Shown: positions 1-11,860 of the stretch, piece after piece
How the letters are laid out: each line of letters begins with the position of its first letter
Position numbering within the stretch: position 1 is the first letter of the stretch
Assembly: GCF_000281045.1 (NCBI RefSeq)
Contig: NW_008246071.1
Coordinates: 66,350-130,349 of the forward strand
Length of the DNA stretch: 64,000 nucleotides
Reading direction: 5' to 3'
DNA from: Saprolegnia diclina VS20
Lineage: Eukaryota
The notes under the pieces: generated by a model
Told to the model about the DNA's origin: nothing
The model's input: the letters and a program-made list of their open reading frames with translations, nothing else
Database searches by the model: none
Translations under genes and position numbers: made by a program

Positions 1-1639
1 TCGACGAGGACCAGCGGGCGCCGTACGAGCCTCCGCGGGGCGAGTACATGTACACCAAGATGAACTACTTCCGGCGGCTACAGCAGGACTGGGTCCGCGT
101 CTCACCACCGACCAAGCCGTCGCCGACCCATGGCATGTACCCGCCGCCCCATGTGTTGCCTGCCGCAGGTACTCCATCTCTGCCATCGCCTTGTATCCAT
201 GATGGCATGCGGCGTGTAGTTTTTGCGCGAGGCGACGCCAAAGAAGGCTTCCAGACCGTCCACGAGGCGCCGCCGCATCGCTACCAGAGCGGCTGGTCGA
301 CTGTCTTTTCGATCTGGAACACAATGATCGGGTCGACGCTCGTCGCGCTGCCGTACGGCTTCTCGTGCAGCGGTTTGTTGATCCTACTACACACAAGAGT
401 CTCTCATCTCTCCATGTAGGGATCATCCTCGGCATTGGCATCGTCCTCCTCATGGGCGTCATCTGCTGCCACGCGTGCAACCTCGTCGTCACCTACGGCA
501 AGGTACGCTCATGTTCACCTTGGGCCATCCAAGACACTCTGTATACAGGACTTTTCCGACTTTGGCGACCTCACGCAGTATCATTTCGGGCGGCGCGTCC
601 AGCTCTTCGCGATGACCGTCTCGTTGCTCGTGCTTGTCGGCGCGTGCATCGCGTACCACGTGCTCATGAAGCAGTGCGCGTACGCAGTGTTTAGCGCGCT
701 CTTGCATTGGTCAGGGCGATCGGACCTCGCCGCACACTGGACGCCGTCCGCCGCTGCCTTGTTGGTGCTCCTTCTCTTCCCCGTGACGAATCTCAAGCAC
801 TTTTCGACGCTCGTGTTTCTCAACTCGCTCGGCATTCCGTTTGTGCTGTTTACGATCGTATTCATCGTCTACCAGGGCGTCGACACGGTTGTCACCGGGC
901 GGCTCGATGACGATATTGTCTTTGGCGGCAAGTCGACCTTTGGCATCCTCGGCGGCATCGTGACGCTCTCGTTCTTCATCCACAATGCGATCCAGCCCAT
1001 CGTGCGGCACTGTGACCCGTCGCAGCGCCAGGTACATGTCGATTGTACAGCGACACTTGTCCACACATGCGTTTGATGTAGCGCCACGTGACAACGGCGT
1101 ATACGCTCGTGGGGCTGAGCTACACGGCAGTCGGCGCACTTGGCTACATTGGGTTTCCCCACGGCCACATCCACCAGAACTTTCTCGACGCCTTCCCCAT
1201 CACGTACATGCATTTTGCCGGCTCGAATGGTGCTCATGCAAGTTGTGCTAGCGATGTATTTGCGTTTAGCGCCCGGGCGTCGCTCTTACTGCAGCTGGCG
1301 ACCGTGTACCCGCTTGTGCTTCTCATTGTGCGCACGCAGCTCTTCCACTTGGTCTTCCATACGGCGTGGCCTGGCCTTTTGCCCGTGGTGGGTCTCAACG
1401 TCATCGTCATGACGGTCACGACGCTCTTTGCTATCTACTACCCCAACTTCGGTGACGTCTTGCGCTTTACGGGCGCGATCGGCGGCTTTGTACTCATCTT
1501 TGGCGTCCCGATTGGCATCCACTTGAACGCACGCGTCGCCAAGCGCCACTTGACGAAGCGGTCGCTCGTTGTCTACGGCGCGATGGGCTGGATCGGCCTC
1601 GGGCTTCTTGTGCTGCAGTTTGTGCCCATGCAGCAATAG
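1..1639 (+). CDS. SLC38A9: SLC38A9-like lysosomal amino acid transporter (Aa_trans), multi-exon, 5' end probably outside window
   Basis: TVFSIWNTMIGSTLVALPYGF resembles TM1 of SLC38A9; GIVTLSFFIHNAI motif; many hydrophobic helices; GT-AG introns; stop TAG 1637-1639. Confidence 0.8.
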
Positions 1640-1799
1640 AATAAGACTCGTACCAATAAGAAAGAGTAGTCGTGCGTTTGATGCGCCTTGATGAGTCTGT
1701 CATGACGCAGCGATCCTCCTCGCAGCCAAGGTCCAAGATCGCTGAGTTGGTGTTGTCGGTAATCAGGACAATCACTCCCAGTTTGCCGTTTGCGTTTGC

Positions 1800-1949
1800 T
1801 TGCGACGATACGACGAGGACACTGACGAGCAGCTCTACATCATCGAGTACCTGCTGAACACCCGTCAGTTCAACTGCCAGCGCCAGTACCTCGTCCAGTG
1901 GCATGACCTTCTGCGGCACGAAGCGTCGTGGGAGCGCGAGCGCGACTAG
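1800..1949 (+). mobile_element. Chromodomain remnant of a Ty3/Gypsy chromovirus integrase C-terminus
   Basis: ATG-less frame reads YDEDTDEQLYIIEYLLNTRQFNCQRQYLVQWHDLLRHEASWERERD*, a chromodomain pattern (Y-x-I-E...YLVxW...SWE) of the oomycete Gypsy type; no RT, IN or LTR nearby. Confidence 0.65.
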
Positions 1950-2803
1950 ACAGAAGTCAACGCTCGACCTTCGCTGCGCTGCGGTGCGCAGACTTTTCCG
2001 GGCCAACGCGCCGTCGTCGCAATACCGTTAATCAACGCTTCGCATTCAATACAAAAGTTCCTACCAGCTCACCCCGCAAGGGACCTGTTCTGCGCACCCA
2101 TAGGTCGCGCTCAGGTCGGAGCGGACCGCGCTCGTCGCTCTGCTCCAGCATCATCTAGGCTCCGCGCATTAGCCGCGAGCCTGTCTGGACGCAAAGTGCA
2201 CAGACGAGTGGAGCATCGCCGTCTTCGTATTTGGTAGCAATCGGTTACGATAGACTGCAAGAAATCACTTTTTAATAAATATGGTCGATTTCTCGGGCTT
2301 GACAAGCACCATTTCCTGTCAGGTTGAAATGTGTGCTCGACACTGCAACCTAGTAGTGACGAGACCCAGATTCACGCCGCCATCGCCTCCAACGACTCGC
2401 TTCTCGCGACTCTGCAGCAGCCAACTCGAGCTACTTTGTGGTCGAATGGACCGCCGCACTCGACGGACGACTTGGATTCGGTCGCCTCGTCCGAGATGAA
2501 GCCGCTTGCAGAGCCATCGACTTGCGTTTCACCGACTTGCCCCATCAACAGCGTCCGCCAACTCGTCAACGCCTCCTCCAACTGCAACAGCAAGGACGAT
2601 GCAACGTGCCAGACGCATTGGATGTACAACAACTAGAAACAAGATCTTATAATACGATAATCAAATAAAAATCAACAACTAATGTGATGATGCAGTGCAA
2701 AAGTCTGACCCGCGTCTATGCAAGGACCCGCGACGTAGTGTATCAAGATATCAAGTCTAGCCATAGCGACGACTCCATATCTATTTCGGGCGATGCGCTG
2801 AGC

Positions 2804-5800
2804 ATGGCGACGCCACGTACGACAGCGACGACGACGGTCGAGAGCGCTGAAGCCAAAGGGGTCGCGGCGCTGTGCGCTGACGCACGCGCGCTGGCTGTCA
2901 AGGGCGTCCTCAAGGCCAAGGCCGGCGACAATCTCAGCGCCATCGCGCTCTTCGAAGCCAGCATTGATGTACCAGTCCACGTTCTCTTCTTCGTGTCAGC
3001 CAAGCACTCGTAGATGGATCCCGACAGCTGGATCTTGTGGAAGCACTTGGCCATGGCGCAGTTTGATCTCTGGCGCTACACGGCGACACTGCCACCGACA
3101 AATGACGGCGTCGCCTTTCTCGAGCGACACAAGACGTCGTCACGCGATGCCGCCAACGCCTTCTTGCAGGTACCTCAACGACGACCTGGTAACGACTAAG
3201 GGTCCTATGGTGCAGCGGGCCTACGACACGTTTATCGTTGCGATGGAGTACGCAGAGAACAAGACACACCCGGCGCTGCTTCTTCGGCTTGGGTTCTTGT
3301 ACGTGGAGCTGCACGCGTACGAAGGGGCGCTCACCGTGTGCACGCTTCTCCTCGAGACGTGCCGGGACTACAAGCACAAGCCCGACGCCATCTTCCTTAC
3401 GGCGGCTGTCGCGTCCATGCTGCAGCACCCGCTTCAGAGCAGCGAATATTTTTCCCACCTCCTCGAAGCACCGCCGTATGCGCTTGCGTCGTACCAGCTG
3501 CACCTGATAGCAGGTCTGTTGTCTCCTTGGTTACGTAGCCGAATGAAAAAGGAGGGTAGGTATGCAATGCGACAAGGACGCTGGCAACACCGAATCCCAC
3601 GAGCGTGCACGTATCTTGTACGAAGCTGGCTACCAGCGTCTCTTGAGCGACTTCAGCGACGCCCGAGACGCGTCGCTGCCCGCGTCCGTCGCCACCGCCC
3701 TAACGCTCTACCAAACGTCGCGCAAAACCGAATCGGAGCGTCTCCAGCTCTGGATCGCCGATCCGGCGCTGTGGGAGGAGCTCGCTTGTGCTGTGTTTGC
3801 GGCCAACCATGCGACGGTGGCCGCGAGCGCGCTCGAGTACGCGATCGCACGGGGCGGCGGCAACAGCGCGTCGCTCTTGCTCGTGCTGGGCCGTGTCCAC
3901 CTTCGACTCGGAAACAGTGCAGTCGCCCAAACCGCGCTCGAGCGAGCTCTGTACATGGAGTACTACTCGTCGCCCGCAACTCGGTACTACCTCGGCCTTC
4001 TGTGCCCGCCGTGGGCCGAATACTTTGCTGCCGAGACGCGCGGCGCGACGCAACTACAGCGGCTCTCCCGCGGCCACTGCGGACGCCGATATGCCCGCGC
4101 CTGCCGGGTACATTTCTTGTTTTTAACTATCCCAACTCGTTCTAACGCAAATGGAGTAGCATGCGCGCAGCCAGCGCTGGCAGCGGAAATGGTGCGTGCT
4201 CACGCTCTTCCATAGCAAGTGCCGCGCCGCCGCGCTCGCCGTCGCCGAACGCAAGGCGCGCGAACTCGCACGCGAGGCCGCCGCACGAGACACCATGTAC
4301 GCGAACGACGTCTACCTCCTCTTGCAGCGGTTGAATGCCGCGGCCCGGCGCATCCAGAGCCTGTACCACATCCAAGAGGCCAAGAAGCTCAAAGCCCAAC
4401 GGCGCGACTGGGCCGCCAAGCACCGGCAACTGCTCGAGCGCGTGCTGCGCCATGGCAACGAGCGCTGGGTGCAAGCGTGTTTTGCATCTTGCGCTGCGTA
4501 TGTGCAGCTCACACGAATCGAAAAGGAGGCGGCCGCCCTCATGCTCCAGAGCAACGTGCGTCTCTGGCTCGCGCGTCGCCGGTTTCTTGCGGCCAAGGCC
4601 AAGGAAGCCAGCCACCGACGCCTCGTAGCGCTCTTTCTTGGGCAGCGCAGTGCACAGCGACGGCGCAATACGTTTCTCGCGTGGTACTCGATGCACACGC
4701 ACGTGCGCGCACTGAAGCGAGCAAGTGCAAGTCGACTCCAGAGCTGGTGGCGCGGACGCCGTGCGCTCTGGGAGTTCCGACTTGCCATGGCCCACCGACG
4801 CCGCGTGCTCAACCACGTCGAGGCGCTGGTTCTCGGGCGCCACGCCCACTGGCGCCTGCAGTGCTTTCGGCACTGGGCAACGTATCTCGCCACGCGCATG
4901 GTTCTCAAGCACCGGTGCGCCACGCGGATCCAGCGACGCGTGCGCGGTCTTCTTGGTCGCAAGCGCGCGCGCAGACTCCGTGGTCGGCACGTCTACTGCG
5001 AGCGCATGGTGATGCACATGCAGCGCACAACGGCGTCGCGTCTCATTGAGCGCGTACTTCACATGTGGCTGCTCTACCTCGAGCTGCGGGCGCGGGAGAA
5101 AGATCTGGCCGCGACTTTGATTCAACGCTGCGTGCGCGGCCACTTGACGCGGCGCCAGTACCGGTTCGAGCGCGAGTACCACCAAATCTACTACCCGAAC
5201 GTGCTCTCAACGCTACCTTTGGTCATGGTACCGCTGCGGCTTGTCTTTTTGGCGTGGAAGACTGCCCGCCGGTACCGGAGCGAAACCCAATCGCGCGCAG
5301 CCCACTGCATTCAGCGCGCGTACCGCCATAGCTTGCACCAACGGCGCGGTCGGCAGCTGCGCCACCGCCTCCAACGACAGCACGCGATTCTTCTCTCGCT
5401 CCAGCGAACGTTCTACGGCATTGCCAAGCAGTTTTTCGACGTCTTGCGAACGCTGCGCCAAGCGACAAGCGGCAAGCGCCATGCAGCGGCAGTGGTGCTG
5501 CAGCGGTCGCTCCGCGGCTGGCTCGCGCGGCGCGTCGTCAAGCGCTTGGCTGCGCAGCACGTGGCGTCGCGATCACTCATGGCACGCGTCGTCAACCACC
5601 GGTCGCGACAGTGGAAGGAGCGCGTTTTGACCGACTGGAAGGCGCTTTTGCGAGCGAGTCGGGAGAAGAAGTGCGACGCCGTCGTCCGCATTCAGCGACG
5701 GTACAGAGCGCTGGTCGCCATGCGCCGCGCCCGCACCGTGATGGACAAGAAGGCGCGACAGCTGCGGCTCCTCGAGCAGGCGACCGCGAAACCCATTGCG

Positions 5801-6930
5801 CGCTGCTTTCAGCAGTGGGCGTCGATTCTCATCTCGAACGCCGTCGACGCGCTCCAGTCGCTCGCCGCGTCACCGCTCCAGCGCATGAAGGAGCTCGAGC
5901 GCGCGCAAACGTCAACCACGCTGCCATCGCAGCGCGAGGTTGAGTGTTTTTCGTTTTGAGATTGAGATTCATGTTCGCAATCGAGAGTAGACGAACGCGG
6001 TCCCGACCATGCTCTTCTTTCACGTGCTGACGCGCGTGCGCAACACAGGGCTCTGCCACCTCCCGCCAGCGTACGCTCCATACATGCAATTTACGATGAG
6101 GCGAGTTTGGATGATGCAGACACGGCTTTGACGTCACGCAGCTTCGCCAGCTCTTCAGCCTCGCAACGTCCGTCATCTCGGACGGCGGTCCTGCCCTGTA
6201 CGTCATATGCGCAAACCCATGTACGTGAACGAGGCGACGTCGTAGGCAGCTGTCGACGGGGCAAGCAATCGTCGACGCGCTGTACCTCTCGAGCGCCAGT
6301 CCCGTGACCAAGCTCATTCTGTACAACCATACGCTGCTCGACCTTGTCAAGCTCAGTCGGTGCCTCTCGTTCCCAACGCACCACATACAGTCGCTCGTGC
6401 TTGGCGGCACCAAGCTCTCGACGCGCCACGTGACCGCGCTGGCGCTGGCCTTGCTGCCAGGCCAGAGCCAGCTCGAGCAGCTCGTGCTCGAATCGTGCAG
6501 CCTCGGTATCGGTGAAGCCCGCCGCTTGTGTGTCACGCTCTGTGTAGGCAACGGCAGCGGCGCGGTCCTCGCACGAGCGCTCTGCGCCAACAAGACGCTG
6601 TGGAAGCTCGACCTCAGTCGCAACCACCTCTCGGACCCCGTGTGCCGGGAATTCGCCACGCTCCTACTCGAGAATGGCCGCCTCCAGGTACGGACCACTT
6701 GCCTCGGTCTTGCTCATGCAGGATCATCCTAGGTGCTGAGCTTGAACGCCAACGATATCTCGGACGTTGGTGTGCTTGGCGCGTTCGTTCCTGCGCTGCG
6801 CAACCTCCCATCGGCGTCGCTGCTCGAGTCCATGCAGCTCCAGAGCAACCGACGCATTACCAAGCGCGGTGCGGCCGAGGTCCTGCGCGCGGCTACGCTC
6901 GGCTCGCGCCGCCTCTGCGTCGATACTTGA
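2804..6930 (+). CDS. Large multi-exon protein: N-terminal TPR-like helices, multiple IQ motifs, C-terminal RNI-like LRRs
   Basis: TPR-like (LLRLGFLYVELHAYEGAL; LLVLGRVHLRLGNSAVAQTALERAL); IQ motifs (LQSWWRGRRAL, IQRRVRGLLGRK, IQRCVRGHLTRR, LQRSLRGWLARR); LRRs (LWKLDLSRNHLSD, LSLNANDISD); linked by short introns; start and exon joins approximate. Confidence 0.65.
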
Positions 6931-6994
6931 GGCCACGCGAAATGGGTGTTAAGTTATGACTGATTCAGACAGTAGAAGCGACAGTGCGTCTTCT

Positions 6995-8330
6995 CTACGT
7001 GCGTTTGGTCAAGGCGGCCGAGATCTTGAGGTGCGCGGTGAAGCCCGGGAGCACGGCGCCGTCGAGGTCGCGCACCGCGCGGTCGACATCTGCCGCGTTC
7101 TTGAGCGCGACAAAGCCAAAGCCGCGCTGCGTGATGCGGATGTAGTCGTACGTAAAGTCGGCAAAGAGCCGCGCGAGGTCCGACCGGTTGGCTTCGCTCG
7201 GGAGGTTGCCCACGTACACGTCAAACTGGTTGTTGTGCGGCATGCGCATGTCGGGCCCTGGCATATTGTACCTACATGAGACCATGTCCATGAGCACCTT
7301 CCTACTTGAAAGCAAGAGGCGATGTCTACCGCGGCGGCGGGCGGGCGGGCGTCGCGGCCATGTCCGTGTGGCCCCACCATACGTTGTGCAAGATAACGAC
7401 TTCGGGGTTGCCGTACTCGTCCTTCGTCGGCACGTTGAGCACGAGGTCGTCGCCTTCGCGGAGCGGGATCTCGTGCTTGAACTCGTCGACAAACACCTCG
7501 TCCACGAAGAGCGCAAAGCCGGACGGTGTGATCGTGATGCGCAGCATGAAGCGGAACGGCGTTGGGTTCCCAAAGACGAGCGGGCATCGCTGGACGATGT
7601 GCGCAGTGCCCCACCGGCCCTCGACGAAGCTGTTGAGGAGGATCTGGCCGCCACGCATCTTGCGCGGGTTCAAGTGGCACACGATCGTACCGTCGGTCGT
7701 CGCGAGGTTCAATACGAAGCGGCACGACGAAGGCGGGATCGTGCCGTTGACGACCAGTGTGTTGTTGGTGCGGAAGACAACTGCGGGCAGCGTCACGGCC
7801 AGTGGCTCGTCGCGGTGCGACGCCCACTCGTCGGTGCGCAGAAAGCTCTCGGGGGGCAGCTGGATGCCGCGGCCGTTCCCAAGTCGCATCTCGCCCGTGA
7901 CCGTGTTGATGACATTACCGGGCTCGGCCACAGGCGGCGCCGCCATGCGCGCCCGCTTCAGTGGTGCGGCCGCGCCCGACGCCGACGGCTTCAAGAGGTC
8001 GGCCAGCGGGTTCGTGCGCTTCACGGGCGCCGTTTTCAGCGCGGCCTTGCTCATCTGGCTCGTCTGCTGCTTGGCCTTGGCGGCCATGACGGCCTTGACA
8101 CGCTCAATGGCCGAGAGGTTCGAGTGCACGCCGGGGCTCACGCTGGTTGGCGCATGCGGCGTCGCCGGTGCGAGCGGCGCGGCCACGGTCAGCGGCTCGC
8201 TGTGCGCCGACGCGTCTGCCGACGTGTGCAGCTTGGCGATGTCATCGTACAACTTCTGGAGCAGGATCTCTTGCTGCGTGAGGAAGAGCCCGTCGTGCGC
8301 CTGGAGTCGCTGCGGCTCGTCGTCACCCAT
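6995..8330 (-). CDS. Galectin-like domain + C-terminal RRM protein (2 exons, intron 7272-7329)
   Basis: Galectin signature VNGTI..FVLNL..HLNPR..ILLNS..WG..F..FVD; RRM with VYVGNLP (RNP2) and RGFGFV (RNP1); removing the 58-nt GT-AG intron joins them in frame. Confidence 0.7.
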
Positions 8331-8530
8331 TGTCGCCAAAATTCAAAAATACTATTGAGACTGCGTCCGGGCCAATAATATAATACCACATATTTAATTA
8401 GGAATAGATAAGGCTATATTGAGCTACGAAATTGAATAAAAAGATTGTGGCCTCGTGGATTCTATGATTCTCGAATTCAGAGCCGCTTGGATCATTATTT
8501 CATTTTGCGAGCGGAAGGGAACGACGCAGC

Positions 8531-10291
8531 ATGCAGCTCACGGTCACGCACGAGGAGCATGTGCTCCAGGTCGAGGTCGACGCGGCCGACCCGATCGAGA
8601 ACCTCAAGGCCATCATTGAGGCTGAGGTACGAGGTCATGCAGCAACCAGGCGCCCACCCGACCTCATCGACTAGATCAACCTGCCCATGGCCCATCAGAT
8701 CTTGGTGCTGAACGGGCGACAAGTGAACCCCGAGCACACGGTAGCCTCTCACTACATTATGAGAAGTAATTGCTTAGGGTGGCGCTCTCTAGGTTGGCCA
8801 AGCAGGGATCCAGAACAACGACTTGATCCTTGTCATGACGCCGGCCGCGACAGCGCCGCCACCGGCTCCAGCGATGGGTTCGGCCCGACTTGGGGGACCT
8901 GCGACCCAAGCCCGTGCTGGTATGACCTTGCGAGACATTCCGGTGTGTACCCGTGTAGTTGACAGCAAAGGCTCATGATTTCTAGCCCAATTGCTCGGCG
9001 GAACAGCTAATTGAGATCATGCGCTTGAATCCGCAGTTGCTACCACAGGTATTAACCTACAGCGTTCCTCATCTATCACGAACGCACAATGTTGTAGGTG
9101 GAGAGCGGAAACGCGCCCATGGCCGCGGCCATCCGGGTCAACAATGTCTCGGTACGACGAGGATACGGCCCCGTGATGGCTTGTATGGCTTGTACGACCA
9201 AAGGTGTAGGAAGTGCGCATGCTCTTGATGAAGCAATACATGGAAGCCGCTAGCCGCAAGTACCAAGAGGAACAAGAGGTAGGCAGCGAGGCCAACATGC
9301 AGGGACCCAAAGAGCCATACTTCCGTAGCTCATTGCTCTCAATGCCAATCCGTTCTCGGAAGAAGCGCAAGCCAAGATCGAAGAAGCTATTCGGCTCGGG
9401 AACGTCCAACAGAACATGGAGATCGCCATGGAAGAGATGCCCGAGGCTTTTGGCCGCGTCTCGATGCTGTACATTCCGACTGTAGTCAATGGCACGCCCG
9501 TCAAAGCCTTCGTCGACTCGGGCGCTCAGTCGACCATCATGTCATCGGTACTATCGAGTCTACCTTCTCAGGTCGCTGACGATATCTCCATAGAGCTGTG
9601 CGGAGCGCTGCGGCATCATGCGTCTCGTCGATCGGCGCTACGCCGGGCAGGTGCGTCTGCCCATCGACTTGCACGTTCTTGACGCGTTGCGGTCCAGGCG
9701 GTCGGCGTCGGGACGGCCAAGATCATTGGTCGCGTGCACATGGCCGAGCTCAAGATTGGCTCGATCTTTTACAACTGTAGCTTTACGATCCTCGACCAGC
9801 AGGTTGCATTGCCAACAGGATGCGTCCGACTGAATCGGTGTGTAGGGCGTCGACTTTCTCTTTGGCTTGGATATGCTCAAGCGCCACCAGTGCTGCATCG
9901 ATCTGCACCGAAACCTCTTGGTCTTGCGCGACCCGACCGGTGGTTCGCACGAAGTGTCGTTCTTGCCCGAGCACGTACGGCCTTTTTCTCAATAAGTTCG
10001 CAGTCGAAAGTTTGTCGCAGGAAATTCCAGTGAGCGCACACGACGCGCCGCCAACAACGCCGTTGCCATCGACGCCGACGCCGGCCCCGTCGACTCCATC
10101 GGCGACGACACCTGGTCTATCGCCAAACCAGGCGGCCAAAGTTGCTCAACTGGTTGCCTTTGGCTTCCCAGAGGGACCGGTACGGCGCATGTTCGGTGTA
10201 ACTGTGTCTGACGCTCCGTTAGGCGCTTCAAGCGCTCCAGTCGTGCAAGTGGAACGTCGACATTGCTGCCGGCCTCCTCTTTGAAAACTAG
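8531..10291 (+). CDS. DDI1: DNA damage-inducible protein 1 (UBL - retroviral-like aspartic protease - UBA), multi-exon
   Basis: N-terminal UBL ([28 protein letters not shown]); [24 protein letters not shown] active site; [14 protein letters not shown]-terminal UBA ([16 protein letters not shown]). Confidence 0.93.
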
Positions 10292-10472
10292 CGGGCTGTG
10301 TATAAAGCATAGCACACATGTTACAATAACCGCAGTACATACTAGCAACGGCTCTCGACGCCGGCCATCGATTGGGAGCGGTATTAGCTCCTGGATCGAA
10401 GCACAATTTGCCACCACATTCGTCGGTTCAGCACCCTCGTCAAAAGCGCAAATTTTAGGACTTAGTCGAATT

Positions 10473-11668
10473 TTACTGCGACGGAAACGTGGCGACGACG
10501 GCCTCGATGTGGCGCAAGGGGCAGAGCACGTCGTCGACGCCTCCAAAACAGACGTCATTGCCGTCAAAGTTGGCCTTGACGAACCAGTCGCCGGTCGACT
10601 TGGAGCGGTGGAGCTCAAAGGTCAAGATCGAGCCGTACTCGGGCACCAGGAACGGTACGTTCGGGCGGTGCAGCTCAAACGCGTGGAGAAGGCCGCAGAG
10701 CGTGTCGTCGTGCGCCGACAAGAGCGTGAGCTTGTGGCGGCTCGTGCCCTGCACCAGGTAGCATCGTGAGAAGCGCCATTATGATCGCATATGAGTACCT
10801 GGACGGCGTCCGCGAGGTAGCTGTATGCTTCGTGGACCCCGCGGCCAAAGGCTTTGGCAAGGAACGAATGGTCCGAGAGGTGCGCGTGCCACTCCCACGC
10901 GTTGTGGAGAATCGACTGCTGCACGACGTCGAGCGACATGCCGGGCGGGAACGGGAACCCGTGGGCTTCTCGGCACACGAGGATCTCGCGCACTATAGTC
11001 GTACGATATCAGAGGCCATTTAGCAACGAGAAGAGCGCACAGAAGGACCACTGGACGTCTTCGCCGTCGGCAAGGCCCACGAGCGCATGCACCTCCTTCT
11101 CGAGCGCGTCAATGTCCTTGATCGGCGACTCGTGCCGGCGCGCCTTGAGCTTGGTCGAGAGATGGTGGTAGTCCATGTGGTGGCCAAGCGACAAAGGGCA
11201 CGTCGGGTGCAAGTGAATCTCGAACGCCGGCCCCTTGACGGCGTCGTAGAGCTCGGGAAACATACCGTGGAGAACGCTCTGGCCTGACTGGATCGTGCGC
11301 ACGACGTTGGTCGACCGCACGTACACGTCGTCGACGGTCGGCGACGGAAGAAACGCGCGGTAGCGCTCGCGGAGACCACGGCCCTTGCCAATCATTTGGT
11401 CGACGCCTCGCGCTGTGAGGTACCCGTTGGGCCACGCACCGCCAATGAGCGGCGCCAACGTCGGCGCGGGCTCGCCCTTCATAAGGCCTGCGCGCCTGGC
11501 TGTCGCGTCAAGCACTTGGATCTGGTCGGGTGTCGCGAGGCGAGCGCCCCAGTAGTCGCGCTCCGCGTCGTCCATGTTGATGGCCGTGCCAAGCGTGGGC
11601 AGGATCGGCGACCGGTCGCCGTGGCGGAAGGCGACGAGGACGTGGCGCAGCTCGAGGTCGACCGACAT
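10473..11668 (-). CDS. Histidine acid phosphatase (clade 2, ACP6-like), multi-exon
   Basis: RHGDRSP catalytic motif, GYLT..G, RST..RT, SAHDDT proton-donor motif. Confidence 0.88.
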
Positions 11669-11754
11669 GTTGCAGTTGCTGTTGTGGGAACAAGGTCGAA
11701 TTCAGAATGGCGACCCTGCAAGGTGTGTAATCACTACCTGCAGTGACACGCCGC

Positions 11755-11819
11755 ATCCGGATGTCCGCATACGTATGCGCGACGTTGATTGGTCGAAAAG
11801 ACCGTGCGGTGGACCAATG
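11755..11819. promoter_or_regulatory. Bidirectional promoter candidate with ATCCGGAT palindrome and opposed CCAAT boxes
   Basis: 192-bp gap between divergent phosphatase and CIR1 genes contains ATCCGGAT (11755), GATTGG (about 11787) and ACCAAT (about 11813). Confidence 0.45.
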
Positions 11820-11860
11820 AGCGCAGTGGCAGAATCGAAACATCGGAAGAAAGGGACGCG

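Noticed and set aside
2331..2636. 101-aa ORF
   Set aside because: Non-ATG start in the track, no motif, low complexity; cannot be supported as a gene
9500..9545. Retroviral-type protease motif DSGA as evidence of a retroelement
   Set aside because: Embedded in an intron-containing UBL-RVP-UBA gene, i.e. host DDI1
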